Shown here piece after piece: positions 42,901-51,779 of a stretch of 60,102 bases of DNA. The stretch lies in the IMG/VR virus record IMGVR_UViG_3300009160_000047, positions 1 to 60,102 of that record. One strand, 5' to 3'. The DNA is from a virus. Lineage: Duplodnaviria; Caudoviricetes. The translations under genes and the position numbers were made by a program. Every line of letters starts with the position of its first letter. Within the stretch, counting starts at the first letter, position 1. Under the pieces are notes generated by a model. That model saw only the letters and a program-made list of their open reading frames with translations, was not told the origin of the DNA and did not search any database.

Positions 42901-45900
42901 GACAGCCACTTTTGGAAGTCTCTATCTTCTAAGCCCCAAGCCAACAACTCATCTGGGCTTTCAAGGTTGTTTGTTTGATCCTTGTAGACCTTCATCATGG
43001 ACTCAGGCAAAGTCTTGTTTTTAACTTGCTTGTTAAATTCAGCAACAACAGTTCTAAAAAGACTGTTAAGTTCTTTGACCGCAGGATGTGTGGCTGGCAG
43101 AAAATGGTTCTGCAAACGTGTTGCCGTATGCATGAACTCATGCAGCACAGTCTCATAATTCATGCCCGATGGGTAGCCTAGCTGATTGTCTAAAACAGGT
43201 ACACCATTCAGATCAATCCTGATTTGCGTACCCTTGGCATCTTTACCCGCTAAAAATGAAGCAACGCCTTGAGCTCTATAAAGTTTTTTGCTACGACTAT
43301 CGCCGCCTTGAACTTCAAATGTAAATTCAACGCCTTGCTTCTCAAGAGCCCGAACAACATTCAAAGCCTTCTGAGCAAAGTATTTCTCCGCATCATTGCG
43401 AGCGTTTCTGACAGTCCACTGACCCATCTCTATAAATGACTTACCAGTAAGCTCATCTTGAATGCGCCGCGCCTCAGGGGTCACGACAATATTTGATGGG
43501 CCCTTGTTGGCTGAGTAAAGAAACTCTTCCCTTGGGGCAAACTCAACATTCTTAGCCAACACAAAGCGGCCTATCTGAATGGCGTCGTCGGCGGCTACCA
43601 CGGGCCGCTTGGTTGCTCGGTCATAGAAGTATGAATGACGCAACGGATCAAAGCTAACCTGTGACCATGACTTATCTTTCAATAAGCGCTGAACCATTGC
43701 ATATGCTTCTTTAGGTGTAATGTTGACCCAGTTACCTTCCATCGTTTGCTGGGGTGATTTGTTACCTTGGGGCGTTACATTGCCTTCCTTGCTAATCGTC
43801 GGCTCAGCCTGAGTGGCCACCTTCATGGCAGCCTTTTCATTACGGATAGAAAACTTTACATTCTGTATACGGGCAACACTGGAATAACTGATGGGTGATT
43901 TAGGATTATTTTCTGGATGGATGGCAACAACACTGCCCGTCATGCCAAGAGCTTTAGAACGGTCAAGCGCTTTAATATCCATACGCAAACCAACCGGCGT
44001 ACCATCAGCAATTGGCGCATTTATTTTAGGTAGCTGGTTAGACTGCAGCACTTCCTTCATGTCAGCCGTAGCCATGGGTGGCTCAGGGTTTGGAATCGTT
44101 TCAATAGGCATGTAAGCATCTACATACTCATCATATTGTTTTTTGGTAATACGGCCCGCTTGTAATTCACGGGCAGCCAACACAACTTGTTGATTGCGGT
44201 TTTCTTTTAGTTTAAAGCCTTCTGGAGGCTTAAGCTCAGGCGGAGCTTTGCTCCCTGCTGGTTTGGCAGTCGTTTCGGCAGGTGTCTGCTTTTGAGGCTT
44301 CTCTTCTTTTACTTCTTTTGTTCCCGCTGTCTCTTTACCTCCTCCAGCAGTTCCAGTCTCTCCTTCGGTGGAAGTTTCTCCAGCAGCTTGATCAATTCTT
44401 GCTTGTTCATCTATAGCCTCCTGTATCAGAATGTTAATTTCTTCGGTAGACAAATATCTATCAATAAGTCTCAGCACCTCATCATGTCGCAAGTTGGCCT
44501 GCTGAATAATCTGCTGACTCTGGAACGGCATGTTCTGGTTCGTGCGCAACAAATTACGGATGTACTCAGTTGCTTGGTACTCCCTATCTGAAGCGCCCAC
44601 CGCATCTTCTCTCGCACTAATTTGAGCACCAAGATGAAGATTAGGGGGTAGGAATTCATTAAGCAAGCCATCGGCAACAATGTCGTCTAAGCTGGCACCA
44701 CCAGTATTGCTGATCAGCTTCTTGTCTGCATCACTGTCCTTATCGCCAAACTCGGATAGCTCAGCCGGATCAAGACGGCCAGCCAAGATCCTGCGCAGGT
44801 TCGTACCGCTACGCTTTGCATGGAAGATCTGACTGCGGATCTCTTTCTCTTGTTCTTTAAGAGCTTTAATAGTTGCGCGGTCTTCTTCTTTAGTCTCTTG
44901 ATCTATTGGAGCCTTAGCCTTCTGACCAGGAATATTCTCATACGCCACAGGGCCAGGTGGGGGCTCTAAGTCCTCCTCAACTGGAGGTACTTCTTCTTCA
45001 GTTTTGGCTTCTTGCTTAACAGCCTCAACCAATCCCTCTTGCTCCAAAATCTTACGCTTGGCAAGTTCATTGGCCAAAGGGTCTGGACTATAGACAGTGT
45101 TTTGAATCTCTTTGATACGCTTTTTCTTAGCCGTCTCTGCCGCCTTAATCTCATCAGCCTGACGCTTACGAGTGGCACCAAGCATTTCCTGATTGGTTGT
45201 GGCAGGACTTGCAAAGCCAGCCATCTTACTCATAGCAGTAGGCTTAGCAGGCGTGATCTCAGCCGGCGCCTCTTCAATAACCTGTGGTTGTTGCTCAGCA
45301 AACTGATCCAGCAGGCGCTGCTTCATAATCTGATTGGCAACAGGATCATTGCTGTAGACAGTATTATTGATCTCTTTGATCTGATCTTGGATCTGCTTTT
45401 GGCGAGCTTTCTCAGCCGCAGCCTGTTCACGTTGTTGCTGTTTAACGGCGGCTTGCTGATCGGCACGAACCTGACCCATCATCTGCAAGTTACCACCGGC
45501 AGGCGTAGCAAAGCCCTGCATAGAGCGAGCACGCTCCTGAGCATCAGCCATGCGTTGCTCTTCTGCCATCTGCTGCGCCAAGCGTCTTTGCTCATCGGCT
45601 TGGATCGCTTCTTCTCTCATCGCCAAAGCACGATTAGCATCCATCCCTTGCGGAGGTGCTGAAAAAATAGGCAATGGTAATGTTTCCATTGGGGTGGGTA
45701 AACCCTTAGATTCATCGATTGGTTGTGGTATCGCAGGCTTACCAGCTAAACCTCTAGCCGCAGCACCACCAAGACCGCCAATTGTTGCGGCACCAGCAAA
45801 TGCTTCTTTGTATTCTCTATAAGCATCTTCCGTATCAAGCGGTAAGCCGGCCTGATAGCGCTCAGCCATCTGCTCCAAAACCTCGGTAGGAGCTTCAGCA

Positions 45901-46628
45901 ATAACACCCAAAGTAGCACCAGTCGTAATTCGACCTGGCAACGATTGACCAGTACGCTTGGCCAACTCAGCTAACGCTTCACTGCCAAGAATCTTATTGG
46001 GGAACTTGCCCAATCCTGTAAGAAACTTATCAGCAAAGAAACCAATAGGAGCCGTGGCCGCAGCTACAGCCGCCGCTTTTCCTGGTGCTAACGTCTCACC
46101 GGTAGCGCCCTCTGTAGCTTGACGGCGCATGAACTGGCCAAACTGTTGGGTGCCATATGTACCAATACCAGCAAGCAAACCACCTAGTGGCGATGTGAAT
46201 GGGGTTACAGCAGCCGCAGCGGCCAGTGGCACAGCCATGCTTGGGGCATTCGAAAGGATCTGCTCGGAGATATAAGACGGTAGCTTCTTCAGGACTTCAA
46301 TAGCCCCGTCTTTGCCGTAAGTCTTTTCTAGCTCTTCGTAAGTGATGGCTTGAATAGGCTTTTGCTGTTGCTCTTGCGCACGAATGGCTGCGGCTTGGCG
46401 GCCTGCCTCTTCCTTCTGACCCAGAGCGGCTCGGCCACCCAACTCAATACCGGCCAAGCTTTCGGGGATCTGTTCTAAGCCAGTCTGTAAAGCCTGCTTG
46501 GAGCGCTCCATAAAACCTGGCGCTGGCTTCTTAAGAATGTCGGTTTCAATTGCATTGATGATGTCCTCTTGGGACATGCTGTCAGGAAAGTTAACCTGAC
46601 CAACACCCGGCACATTGACAATAGGCAT
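39900..46628 (-). CDS. Giant internal virion / ejection protein (polyvalent-protein type)
   Basis: 2242 aa; V.FPD.MS N-terminus, EA.TE..Q..ER, HEFMH metallopeptidase motif, YVPFYR, and an LPD38-like C-terminus (PF.NA, KP..E...N.DFF, DH.IRG..G). Confidence 0.75.
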   Translation of the reverse strand: MPIVNVPGVGQVNFPDSMSQEDIINAIETDILKKPAPGFMERSKQALQTGLEQIPESLAGIELGGRAALGQKEEAGRQAAAIRAQEQQQKPIQAITYEELEKTYGKDGAIEVLKKLPSYISEQILSNAPSMAVPLAAAAAVTPFTSPLGGLLAGIGTYGTQQFGQFMRRQATEGATGETLAPGKAAAVAAATAPIGFFADKFLTGLGKFPNKILGSEALAELAKRTGQSLPGRITTGATLGVIAEAPTEVLEQMAERYQAGLPLDTEDAYREYKEAFAGAATIGGLGGAAARGLAGKPAIPQPIDESKGLPTPMETLPLPIFSAPPQGMDANRALAMREEAIQADEQRRLAQQMAEEQRMADAQERARSMQGFATPAGGNLQMMGQVRADQQAAVKQQQREQAAAEKARQKQIQDQIKEINNTVYSNDPVANQIMKQRLLDQFAEQQPQVIEEAPAEITPAKPTAMSKMAGFASPATTNQEMLGATRKRQADEIKAAETAKKKRIKEIQNTVYSPDPLANELAKRKILEQEGLVEAVKQEAKTEEEVPPVEEDLEPPPGPVAYENIPGQKAKAPIDQETKEEDRATIKALKEQEKEIRSQIFHAKRSGTNLRRILAGRLDPAELSEFGDKDSDADKKLISNTGGASLDDIVADGLLNEFLPPNLHLGAQISAREDAVGASDREYQATEYIRNLLRTNQNMPFQSQQIIQQANLRHDEVLRLIDRYLSTEEINILIQEAIDEQARIDQAAGETSTEGETGTAGGGKETAGTKEVKEEKPQKQTPAETTAKPAGSKAPPELKPPEGFKLKENRNQQVVLAARELQAGRITKKQYDEYVDAYMPIETIPNPEPPMATADMKEVLQSNQLPKINAPIADGTPVGLRMDIKALDRSKALGMTGSVVAIHPENNPKSPISYSSVARIQNVKFSIRNEKAAMKVATQAEPTISKEGNVTPQGNKSPQQTMEGNWVNITPKEAYAMVQRLLKDKSWSQVSFDPLRHSYFYDRATKRPVVAADDAIQIGRFVLAKNVEFAPREEFLYSANKGPSNIVVTPEARRIQDELTGKSFIEMGQWTVRNARNDAEKYFAQKALNVVRALEKQGVEFTFEVQGGDSRSKKLYRAQGVASFLAGKDAKGTQIRIDLNGVPVLDNQLGYPSGMNYETVLHEFMHTATRLQNHFLPATHPAVKELNSLFRTVVAEFNKQVKNKTLPESMMKVYKDQTNNLESPDELLAWGLEDRDFQKWLSTIKVGDKTAFDKIVEVVRRMLGISPEFESALDRLMKTTNEILDIDVKDIDTAMKAQGVQLGAPKPKAPAKPSKPQAPFQQSLFKGAGTPTSVGQQAMEILSGMGRDVKPPEPGYAEKIKQSWDNAKDNPKATAEAARDGFRRFSDQIQTWAFSSDAALNNQIRREIMASSIGQEEKIGLLLNTSLSQTFHSDAIANLFLRMGDIKYNKELHKWEGVEDKNNIITLSQKLDEIGAKYGLDKAQIELAAHTAFEAKRTKSLIEFNNQLEAQVQELRDAAAEERAKGNPVKASALSEKASNMRQKEKYIHMDDAQIRGGMTQFELMPELNDAVKIWNGIRGNAVDKLVESGLWTEEEAEFLLSNADYVPFYREDQLEEGKGPKEFMRSLQVQAKERRLKGSAKPVNDIFDNMVRWTQYAVNRSVRNRSALSLATTAESVGLAKKVESMKDGDNVVRVWKDGQESYYDMADPMFMQAFQGLESVSIPTIRWAAKLSDILRNSVVLNPLFAVSQVPQDSFAAMFSSGLKPQFALTIPFRAVKEFIQTLRGKSTAHEELKNFGVVGVRDFSSAMVRLDTEIAAGLKPAKGLWGKVKDKLGHFAMASDNAVRQATYTAARDQGLSQAEALEKAFEIFNVRRRGSSKMLNLAGQVIPFFNAYLTAQNVAYRTITGVGTSPTQRDAAYKVLFNTTASVFTLSVLYAMMNGDDEDYLKKPTPTRDRLLMIPGTGMSIPLRADLYALPKVVAEHTYMILTDKGYSDGAKFRASLKSLLASSVLSPTPVPQAIKPLVEIGINYDFFQQKPLIGTYQKKKELERQFEDSTSELAKVLGRSNLVSPIAVDHFIRGMFGSAGGLVLYATNPFLWNITSPNTPRPSISMQDALATIPNASGFITKEYESGLKKDFFALKEEVDRAANTLTDLKQRNPEDIKDYIKDEKVRARLGLAPMVNTINTQLSTIRKSISMITNSNLPSDVKESRIKQLRDSEEKMLKGINLKKLRETAQI
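45670..45707 (+). repeat. Dispersed two-palindrome element, copy 3 (inside a CDS)
   Basis: GGCAATGGTAATGTTTCCATTGGGGTGGGTAAACCCTT; 33/38 identical to copy 2. Confidence 0.85.
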
Positions 46629-46636
46629 GGCAATCC

Positions 46637-48658
46637 TTAACGCAGTGTTTTTGTACTAGGATCATAAGTCAAAACGCCACTTGAACCACCTGTTTCCGCA
46701 ACATCATAGCCAAGCTTTTTCATAAGCGACTGATAGCGACGACCTTGAGTGGTATTACCCATTAAAGTCTGGTTAATTAATTTCTGACGTTCAGCGGCAA
46801 TTTCTGCTGCAGATTTACCAATAGACTCAAGCGCGGCCAACTTACCAGATGCATCAATAGATTTTCCAATCTGCGCTTCAATTCCGGCGGCAAGTTTCTC
46901 CATGCCCTCACGCTCAGATGCTTGTTGGCGGGCAGAGCTAACCTTAAGTGATTCGGCTTTTGACTCCTTCTTCTGCGCAAGATCGGCTGTATGCATCTTG
47001 TCATAAAGTTCCGCACGAGTAAGACCCAGCATGCCTTGCTGTAAAGCACGATCATCAGCAGATGCTTGTTTCTGTCCCGCCAAGTAAGCGGCAATACCTT
47101 GTCCTGCACCCTGACCAATGTTTGCACCGGCATAACGAGATGTACCGCCCATCATGCCAAGACCAGCTTGCAAGAGAGCCAAATATTTATTCTGCTCTTT
47201 GTCTTTAGCAAGCTCTCCTCTGCGGTCTTTAAGATACGCAGCATACTCACCAATGAAGTTACCCATTGGATCAACACTCGCAGGTGCTTCAGGTGCGGCA
47301 GGCTGTCCTTCTGGAACCGCCTCGGTAGACATTGGCTCCATGGGTGGACGATTCTTCAAACGCTGGATCTCTTGCTGAACATCAGCAGGAGACATGGCAG
47401 GAGCTACTGGCTTTCCACCTTGAGGAGCGGTGCCAAGCGTCATAGGCATCTTACGGCGCCTCTCCAACTCAGCATCTTCACCTTCATTCAGATCGCCAGA
47501 ACGTAGCAAGGCAGGCAAGCCAACACCCATGCCACCAATACCAGGACGTAACTTACTTGCACCTTGCTTTAGATATTCCATGAAAGATAATGGCTTAGCC
47601 GCCTCTGCTGCCGCCGCTGGTGCCGCAGGTGGCACCTTAGAGAATGCATCACGCGCCTGCTCCATACGCAACTTGCGGCGCATAAAGTCAGCAACCTCTT
47701 CCTTGGACATATTAAAGATGTCAGCAATACCGCCACCATCAAAGTGAACCTCACCACCACCAGCCATGTCAGCAGAGTACTTCTGCGTCTCACGTGGCAA
47801 CTTAGCCGGATCAGCTCCAGCCATCAGCCATTTGTCAGTATTACCAGGACCCCAGTTGTAAGCAATAGCCGCCAACTTGGTGTCACCATACTTGTTCATC
47901 ATCTTTCCAAAGTACTCACGACCCACGCGGGCTAAGTCATCAGCATCACCTTCTTTGGCAGGACGAATTCCATAGCCAGGATCACGAGCCGTTCCAGGCA
48001 TGACCTGCATCTCACCCTGAGCACCCTTAGGAGAAGTCAACAAGTTACCTTGTTTGTCAAAGCGGCGACCGCCACTCTCTTTCATCATGATCTTGTTAAT
48101 CAGATCACCATCTGGAGTACCCTCTTTGGTAAGCTGGGTAATGCCTTCGCTACGGGTCTGCTTGGGTTGATCGCCAACCTTAGAAGAAACCTCACGCTTG
48201 GTTTGCATTGCTTTAGAAATGCCAACTGGCAAAGCACCAAGACCTGCCATCTCTTCGTATTCACTATTAGAAGCAAGACGGCGGCGCAACATATCAAACA
48301 ATTGCTGCTCATCTTTGCTCATGTCAAGGCCATCATCCTCTTCTTCTTCATCGGCATAGCCACCATCGGCAAAAGCAACAATGCCGCCGGGCGCATAAGA
48401 CTCTTCAGGAAGGTTGGAAGGCAAGCCTTGTAAGCCAGTGGCCATCTCAGCCTGATCTAAGACTTCTTGGGCAATAGGCGGCTGCCCTTGTTGCATGCCA
48501 CCCATCAAGGCTTTGCTCTTTTGCAGCTCCTGCGTCTTCTGCTGAATAAGAGGGATGCCGATGTAAGCGGGAACAGTACCATTCTGCACGCCGGCAGTCA
48601 GCATATCAATTGAATATGCGTTTGGATTAGCAATAATTTTCTGTGCAATACCGTTCAT
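46637..48658 (-). CDS. Internal virion protein with lytic transglycosylase (SLT) domain
   Basis: ESGG, SPKGA.G.MQVMP.T, AYN.GPG and ET.KY motifs. Confidence 0.8.
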   Translation of the reverse strand: MNGIAQKIIANPNAYSIDMLTAGVQNGTVPAYIGIPLIQQKTQELQKSKALMGGMQQGQPPIAQEVLDQAEMATGLQGLPSNLPEESYAPGGIVAFADGGYADEEEEDDGLDMSKDEQQLFDMLRRRLASNSEYEEMAGLGALPVGISKAMQTKREVSSKVGDQPKQTRSEGITQLTKEGTPDGDLINKIMMKESGGRRFDKQGNLLTSPKGAQGEMQVMPGTARDPGYGIRPAKEGDADDLARVGREYFGKMMNKYGDTKLAAIAYNWGPGNTDKWLMAGADPAKLPRETQKYSADMAGGGEVHFDGGGIADIFNMSKEEVADFMRRKLRMEQARDAFSKVPPAAPAAAAEAAKPLSFMEYLKQGASKLRPGIGGMGVGLPALLRSGDLNEGEDAELERRRKMPMTLGTAPQGGKPVAPAMSPADVQQEIQRLKNRPPMEPMSTEAVPEGQPAAPEAPASVDPMGNFIGEYAAYLKDRRGELAKDKEQNKYLALLQAGLGMMGGTSRYAGANIGQGAGQGIAAYLAGQKQASADDRALQQGMLGLTRAELYDKMHTADLAQKKESKAESLKVSSARQQASEREGMEKLAAGIEAQIGKSIDASGKLAALESIGKSAAEIAAERQKLINQTLMGNTTQGRRYQSLMKKLGYDVAETGGSSGVLTYDPSTKTLR

Positions 48659-49896
48659 TTTGCCCCCGCAGTCAAAGCGTTACGCAAACCAAGGGAGTCA
48701 ATGCCTCGGCCTTTTTGCTCTTTAATAGCTCCACCTTTTTTCTTCATCAACCCGTAAGCACCGGCGGCGGCAGTACCCAGACCTGCAATCTGTGAAGTCA
48801 TACTAGGCGCAGCTTGGTACTGAGTAGTAGTCATACCAGGCACAGCGTAACCACGCAACAAAGCGTTGTACTGGTTGTAAGCCTGCATAGGAGCCTGCTG
48901 CTGGTTGGCGTAGTTCTGGATAGCCTGATTGATGATCTGCTGTTCCTGAGCCTGTTGCTGGCCACCAACTTGTTGTTGCAATCCAAGGATGCCTTGCTGT
49001 GCAGCTAACTGCTGATTACCAATATTGGCCAAACCAGCACCAGCTTGACCTGCCATGCCATAACCCTGTTGGGCTGTATTTAAACCTTGAAGGCCAAGGC
49101 CGGCGCCATATTGCATATTCTGCAAGGCACCTTGATACGCGGCCTGCTGTCCTTGTAACTGGTTGTTGTTCATCAAAGACTGTAGAGAACGATTGGCTTC
49201 AGCATTTTCAAGAGCTTGACGGCTACCACCAAAAGCACCGGACTTAGTTGCTTGTGCTTGTCGTTGTGTTCTAGCTATGTCAGCTTGACGTTGTGCAGCT
49301 TGATTCTGCACATCAACTACATTCTGCATGTAAGGCGACATAAAAGCACCAACGGCATTGCTTGCATCGTATGTGCCGGTGGTAGGGTTGTAGACGTTAC
49401 TTGTAGCGCCTAAGTAATCTCTGCCCATACCCTGTGCTTGCTGCGCAGTTCCAAGAGCGCCCATACCGCCCATTCCAGTTAAACCAGTTGCTTGGTTGTA
49501 CTGACCAGGCATCTGCAAGTTAGCAGCGTTGTACTGAACTTGTTGTTGCAACGGACTGAAGCCGGCTACATAATTTCTTGGATCAGTGCTATACGGTTTG
49601 AACGCATCAGTTTTAACGCCCGTAACATTCTTTACCGGTTGGCCAGCTTCATTAAGCATGGGCTTACCAGTATCTGGATCCATCGCGGCTTTTGTATTAA
49701 ACAGCTCTTCCATGGAGCCAGCAAGCACAGTCTCTACTTGAGGACGAAGCCAGTCAGGAATGTTAGATGTGTTGGTCGTTGAGGATGTTGGGCCACCACC
49801 ACCGCCGCCATAGATTATGCGACCGCCTTCTTTTCGGGTTACGGAATCACCAAGGGGCTCACCCATGGCATAGAGTTGTCTGCGTGAATAGCTCAT
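48655..49896 (-). CDS. Ejection/pilot protein (Gln/Gly-rich)
   Basis: Leader followed by GGGGGG; MSPY.QNV, GAFGGSR; C-terminal GLGTAAAGAYG. Confidence 0.65.
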   Translation of the reverse strand: MSYSRRQLYAMGEPLGDSVTRKEGGRIIYGGGGGGPTSSTTNTSNIPDWLRPQVETVLAGSMEELFNTKAAMDPDTGKPMLNEAGQPVKNVTGVKTDAFKPYSTDPRNYVAGFSPLQQQVQYNAANLQMPGQYNQATGLTGMGGMGALGTAQQAQGMGRDYLGATSNVYNPTTGTYDASNAVGAFMSPYMQNVVDVQNQAAQRQADIARTQRQAQATKSGAFGGSRQALENAEANRSLQSLMNNNQLQGQQAAYQGALQNMQYGAGLGLQGLNTAQQGYGMAGQAGAGLANIGNQQLAAQQGILGLQQQVGGQQQAQEQQIINQAIQNYANQQQAPMQAYNQYNALLRGYAVPGMTTTQYQAAPSMTSQIAGLGTAAAGAYGLMKKKGGAIKEQKGRGIDSLGLRNALTAGAK

Positions 49897-50324
49897 ATTA
49901 GTACCTCAACAAGGGTATTTCTGGGTTCAAAGTTATAGCGTTTCCAGAGGCGAACGATTGCATCACGTCCATACCCCTGTATTTTCGTTGCACCGCGCAG
50001 TTTTAACAAGGCTTTAAACTGGTCAAAAGTATCTTGACTAGAAATAAGTTTACCGCCAATAGCCGTCACAAATGCTACCCGATGCATGGGGTAGTTGATA
50101 AACGAGATTGTAGTAGCGCCCTGTATTTCGCCCTCTTCGCTTACTGCTACAACAAGCAGCCAAGCGCCATTAGTAAGAAAGCTTTGAATGTGATCAGCCG
50201 TGTAGTCATGGGCCCAATCAGGGAAGTCACCACCTTTTGTCATGGCTTCTTCAATGAACGGCTTTACCATAGGCCAAACTTGCTGGACATAATTAGTTTC
50301 AACATGGCGAATTTTTAAGCTCAT
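49893..50324 (-). CDS. GNAT-fold-like virion assembly protein
   Basis: W..V...I, V..IGG, G...I.G.GR..RL..R..F; sits directly upstream of the pilot gene. Confidence 0.5.
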   Translation of the reverse strand: MSLKIRHVETNYVQQVWPMVKPFIEEAMTKGGDFPDWAHDYTADHIQSFLTNGAWLLVVAVSEEGEIQGATTISFINYPMHRVAFVTAIGGKLISSQDTFDQFKALLKLRGATKIQGYGRDAIVRLWKRYNFEPRNTLVEVLI

Positions 50325-51769
50325 TTAGGCAGTTTCTTAATTAGGTCAAAAATACCGTTAGACATGGCAAGTTGTTTTTGCTGCACTGTTTGCGGTGCTT
50401 GCGCCTTTTGTGGCTGCTGTACATCGGTAAAGCTAAACGGAGTTTGTATAGGTGGATTTTTACCGTACACACTAAAAGGTGTATTTAGTCCTGTTGTGCG
50501 TCCGTAGTACGCATTCTCCAAATCTGTTGGTGTTAATCCAACCGCACGCATTTCTCTTAGCACTGCATTCATATCCGCGCCTTTTGGCGAACCATCAGGA
50601 TATGTTTGCGCCATTTGCCTATCAGCCATGTCACGCAAGTTTTGATTAAGTGCATCAATACCTTGGCGACTTGAAGCATAGTTGTAACCGGCAGATGTAG
50701 GAACATCTTGTCCGTAATTACTTACATTGAACATTGTCAATGGGTTAGCGTAGTTCTGATACTGCGAACGATATATACCTGTCCTAGGAACTGGCGTGCT
50801 TGTAGGCGGCGGCGTGCTTGTAGGGGGCGGTGTACGCCGTATAGTAATCGTAGGACGTGGAGTAAACGTAGGAGGATCAGTCCACCATGTTGGCGGCTCT
50901 TCCGTAGGTGGCTCCGTTGGGGGTTCTTCGGTTGGAGGATCAGTTGGCGGCTCTTCAGACCACGTATCGGTTGGCGGGTCAGTTGGAGGTTCTCCAGTCC
51001 TTGTTTCAGTTTCAGTTTCAGTCTCAGTCTCAGTTTCAGTTTCAGTTTCGGTACTAGTGTCAGTTGGATCAGTCCAAGGCGGGTCAGTAAATGGAGTAAA
51101 ACTAAATGTATCAGTTACTACATCTGTTTGTGTTGGACGTTCAGCAGTTATGATAATTTCAGAAACAAATTCAGATTCAGTTTCGGTTTCCCAGTCAGTT
51201 ATCAGAATGTTCTGAGTACTAATTAAATTGGTACCCCAATCAACAGGCGTTGCTGATGGACGCTCTCCAGTAATAATTATTTCAGAAATATCATCAGTAT
51301 TGCCTTCAGTCGTCCAATCTGTTATTAGGATGTTCTCAGTGCTTACTAAATCGTTGCCCCAGTCAAAAGTAACTTCTGGAGGGCGGTCTGTCGTAATAAT
51401 AATTTCAGGTATGTTGTCGTCATCACCACCCCGCCAGTCGCCCCCCGGGTCATCGCCCCAGCCGCCGCCACCCTCTAATGAAATAGATGAAAAATCATCG
51501 TCACCCATTTCAAACTGAGGCAATCCTGTAATGGGATTAATTGTTCCTGATCCACCCATGCGTTTAAGCATGCGTGCTTCTTGCGGATTAATGTGAGCAA
51601 GTATGGTATCGCCATTTTGCCCAAACCTAGCTAAGTCTCTTATCTCGCCTTTATCAAACCCAGTGATGCGGCCACCAGTGCCGTACCTAACTACAGGTTC
51701 GCCAGAGCCTAAATTGGTTTCGTCCTGACTCTCAAGGGTTTGCCCGAATGCTATCCCGCCATTTGCCAT
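50321..51769 (-). CDS. Acidic Thr/Pro-rich mucin-like virion protein
   Basis: Start MANGGIA after AGGAG; G.NGDT.LAHINP.EA..LK..GGSGTINP.TGLP motif, then EIIIT repeats, TETETE and PPT tracts. Confidence 0.7.
   Translation of the reverse strand: MANGGIAFGQTLESQDETNLGSGEPVVRYGTGGRITGFDKGEIRDLARFGQNGDTILAHINPQEARMLKRMGGSGTINPITGLPQFEMGDDDFSSISLEGGGGWGDDPGGDWRGGDDDNIPEIIITTDRPPEVTFDWGNDLVSTENILITDWTTEGNTDDISEIIITGERPSATPVDWGTNLISTQNILITDWETETESEFVSEIIITAERPTQTDVVTDTFSFTPFTDPPWTDPTDTSTETETETETETETETETRTGEPPTDPPTDTWSEEPPTDPPTEEPPTEPPTEEPPTWWTDPPTFTPRPTITIRRTPPPTSTPPPTSTPVPRTGIYRSQYQNYANPLTMFNVSNYGQDVPTSAGYNYASSRQGIDALNQNLRDMADRQMAQTYPDGSPKGADMNAVLREMRAVGLTPTDLENAYYGRTTGLNTPFSVYGKNPPIQTPFSFTDVQQPQKAQAPQTVQQKQLAMSNGIFDLIKKLPK
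51003..51050 (+). repeat. Hexamer microsatellite (GT(T/C)TCA)n encoding (TE)n
   Basis: Eight consecutive hexamers. Confidence 0.85.
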
Positions 51770-51779
51770 GCTATTCTCC

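Noticed and set aside
51734-51772. Fourth copy of the two-palindrome element (AAGGGTTTGCCC...TTGCCATGCT)
   Set aside because: Only palindrome B is loosely matched; palindrome A and the spacing are not preserved.
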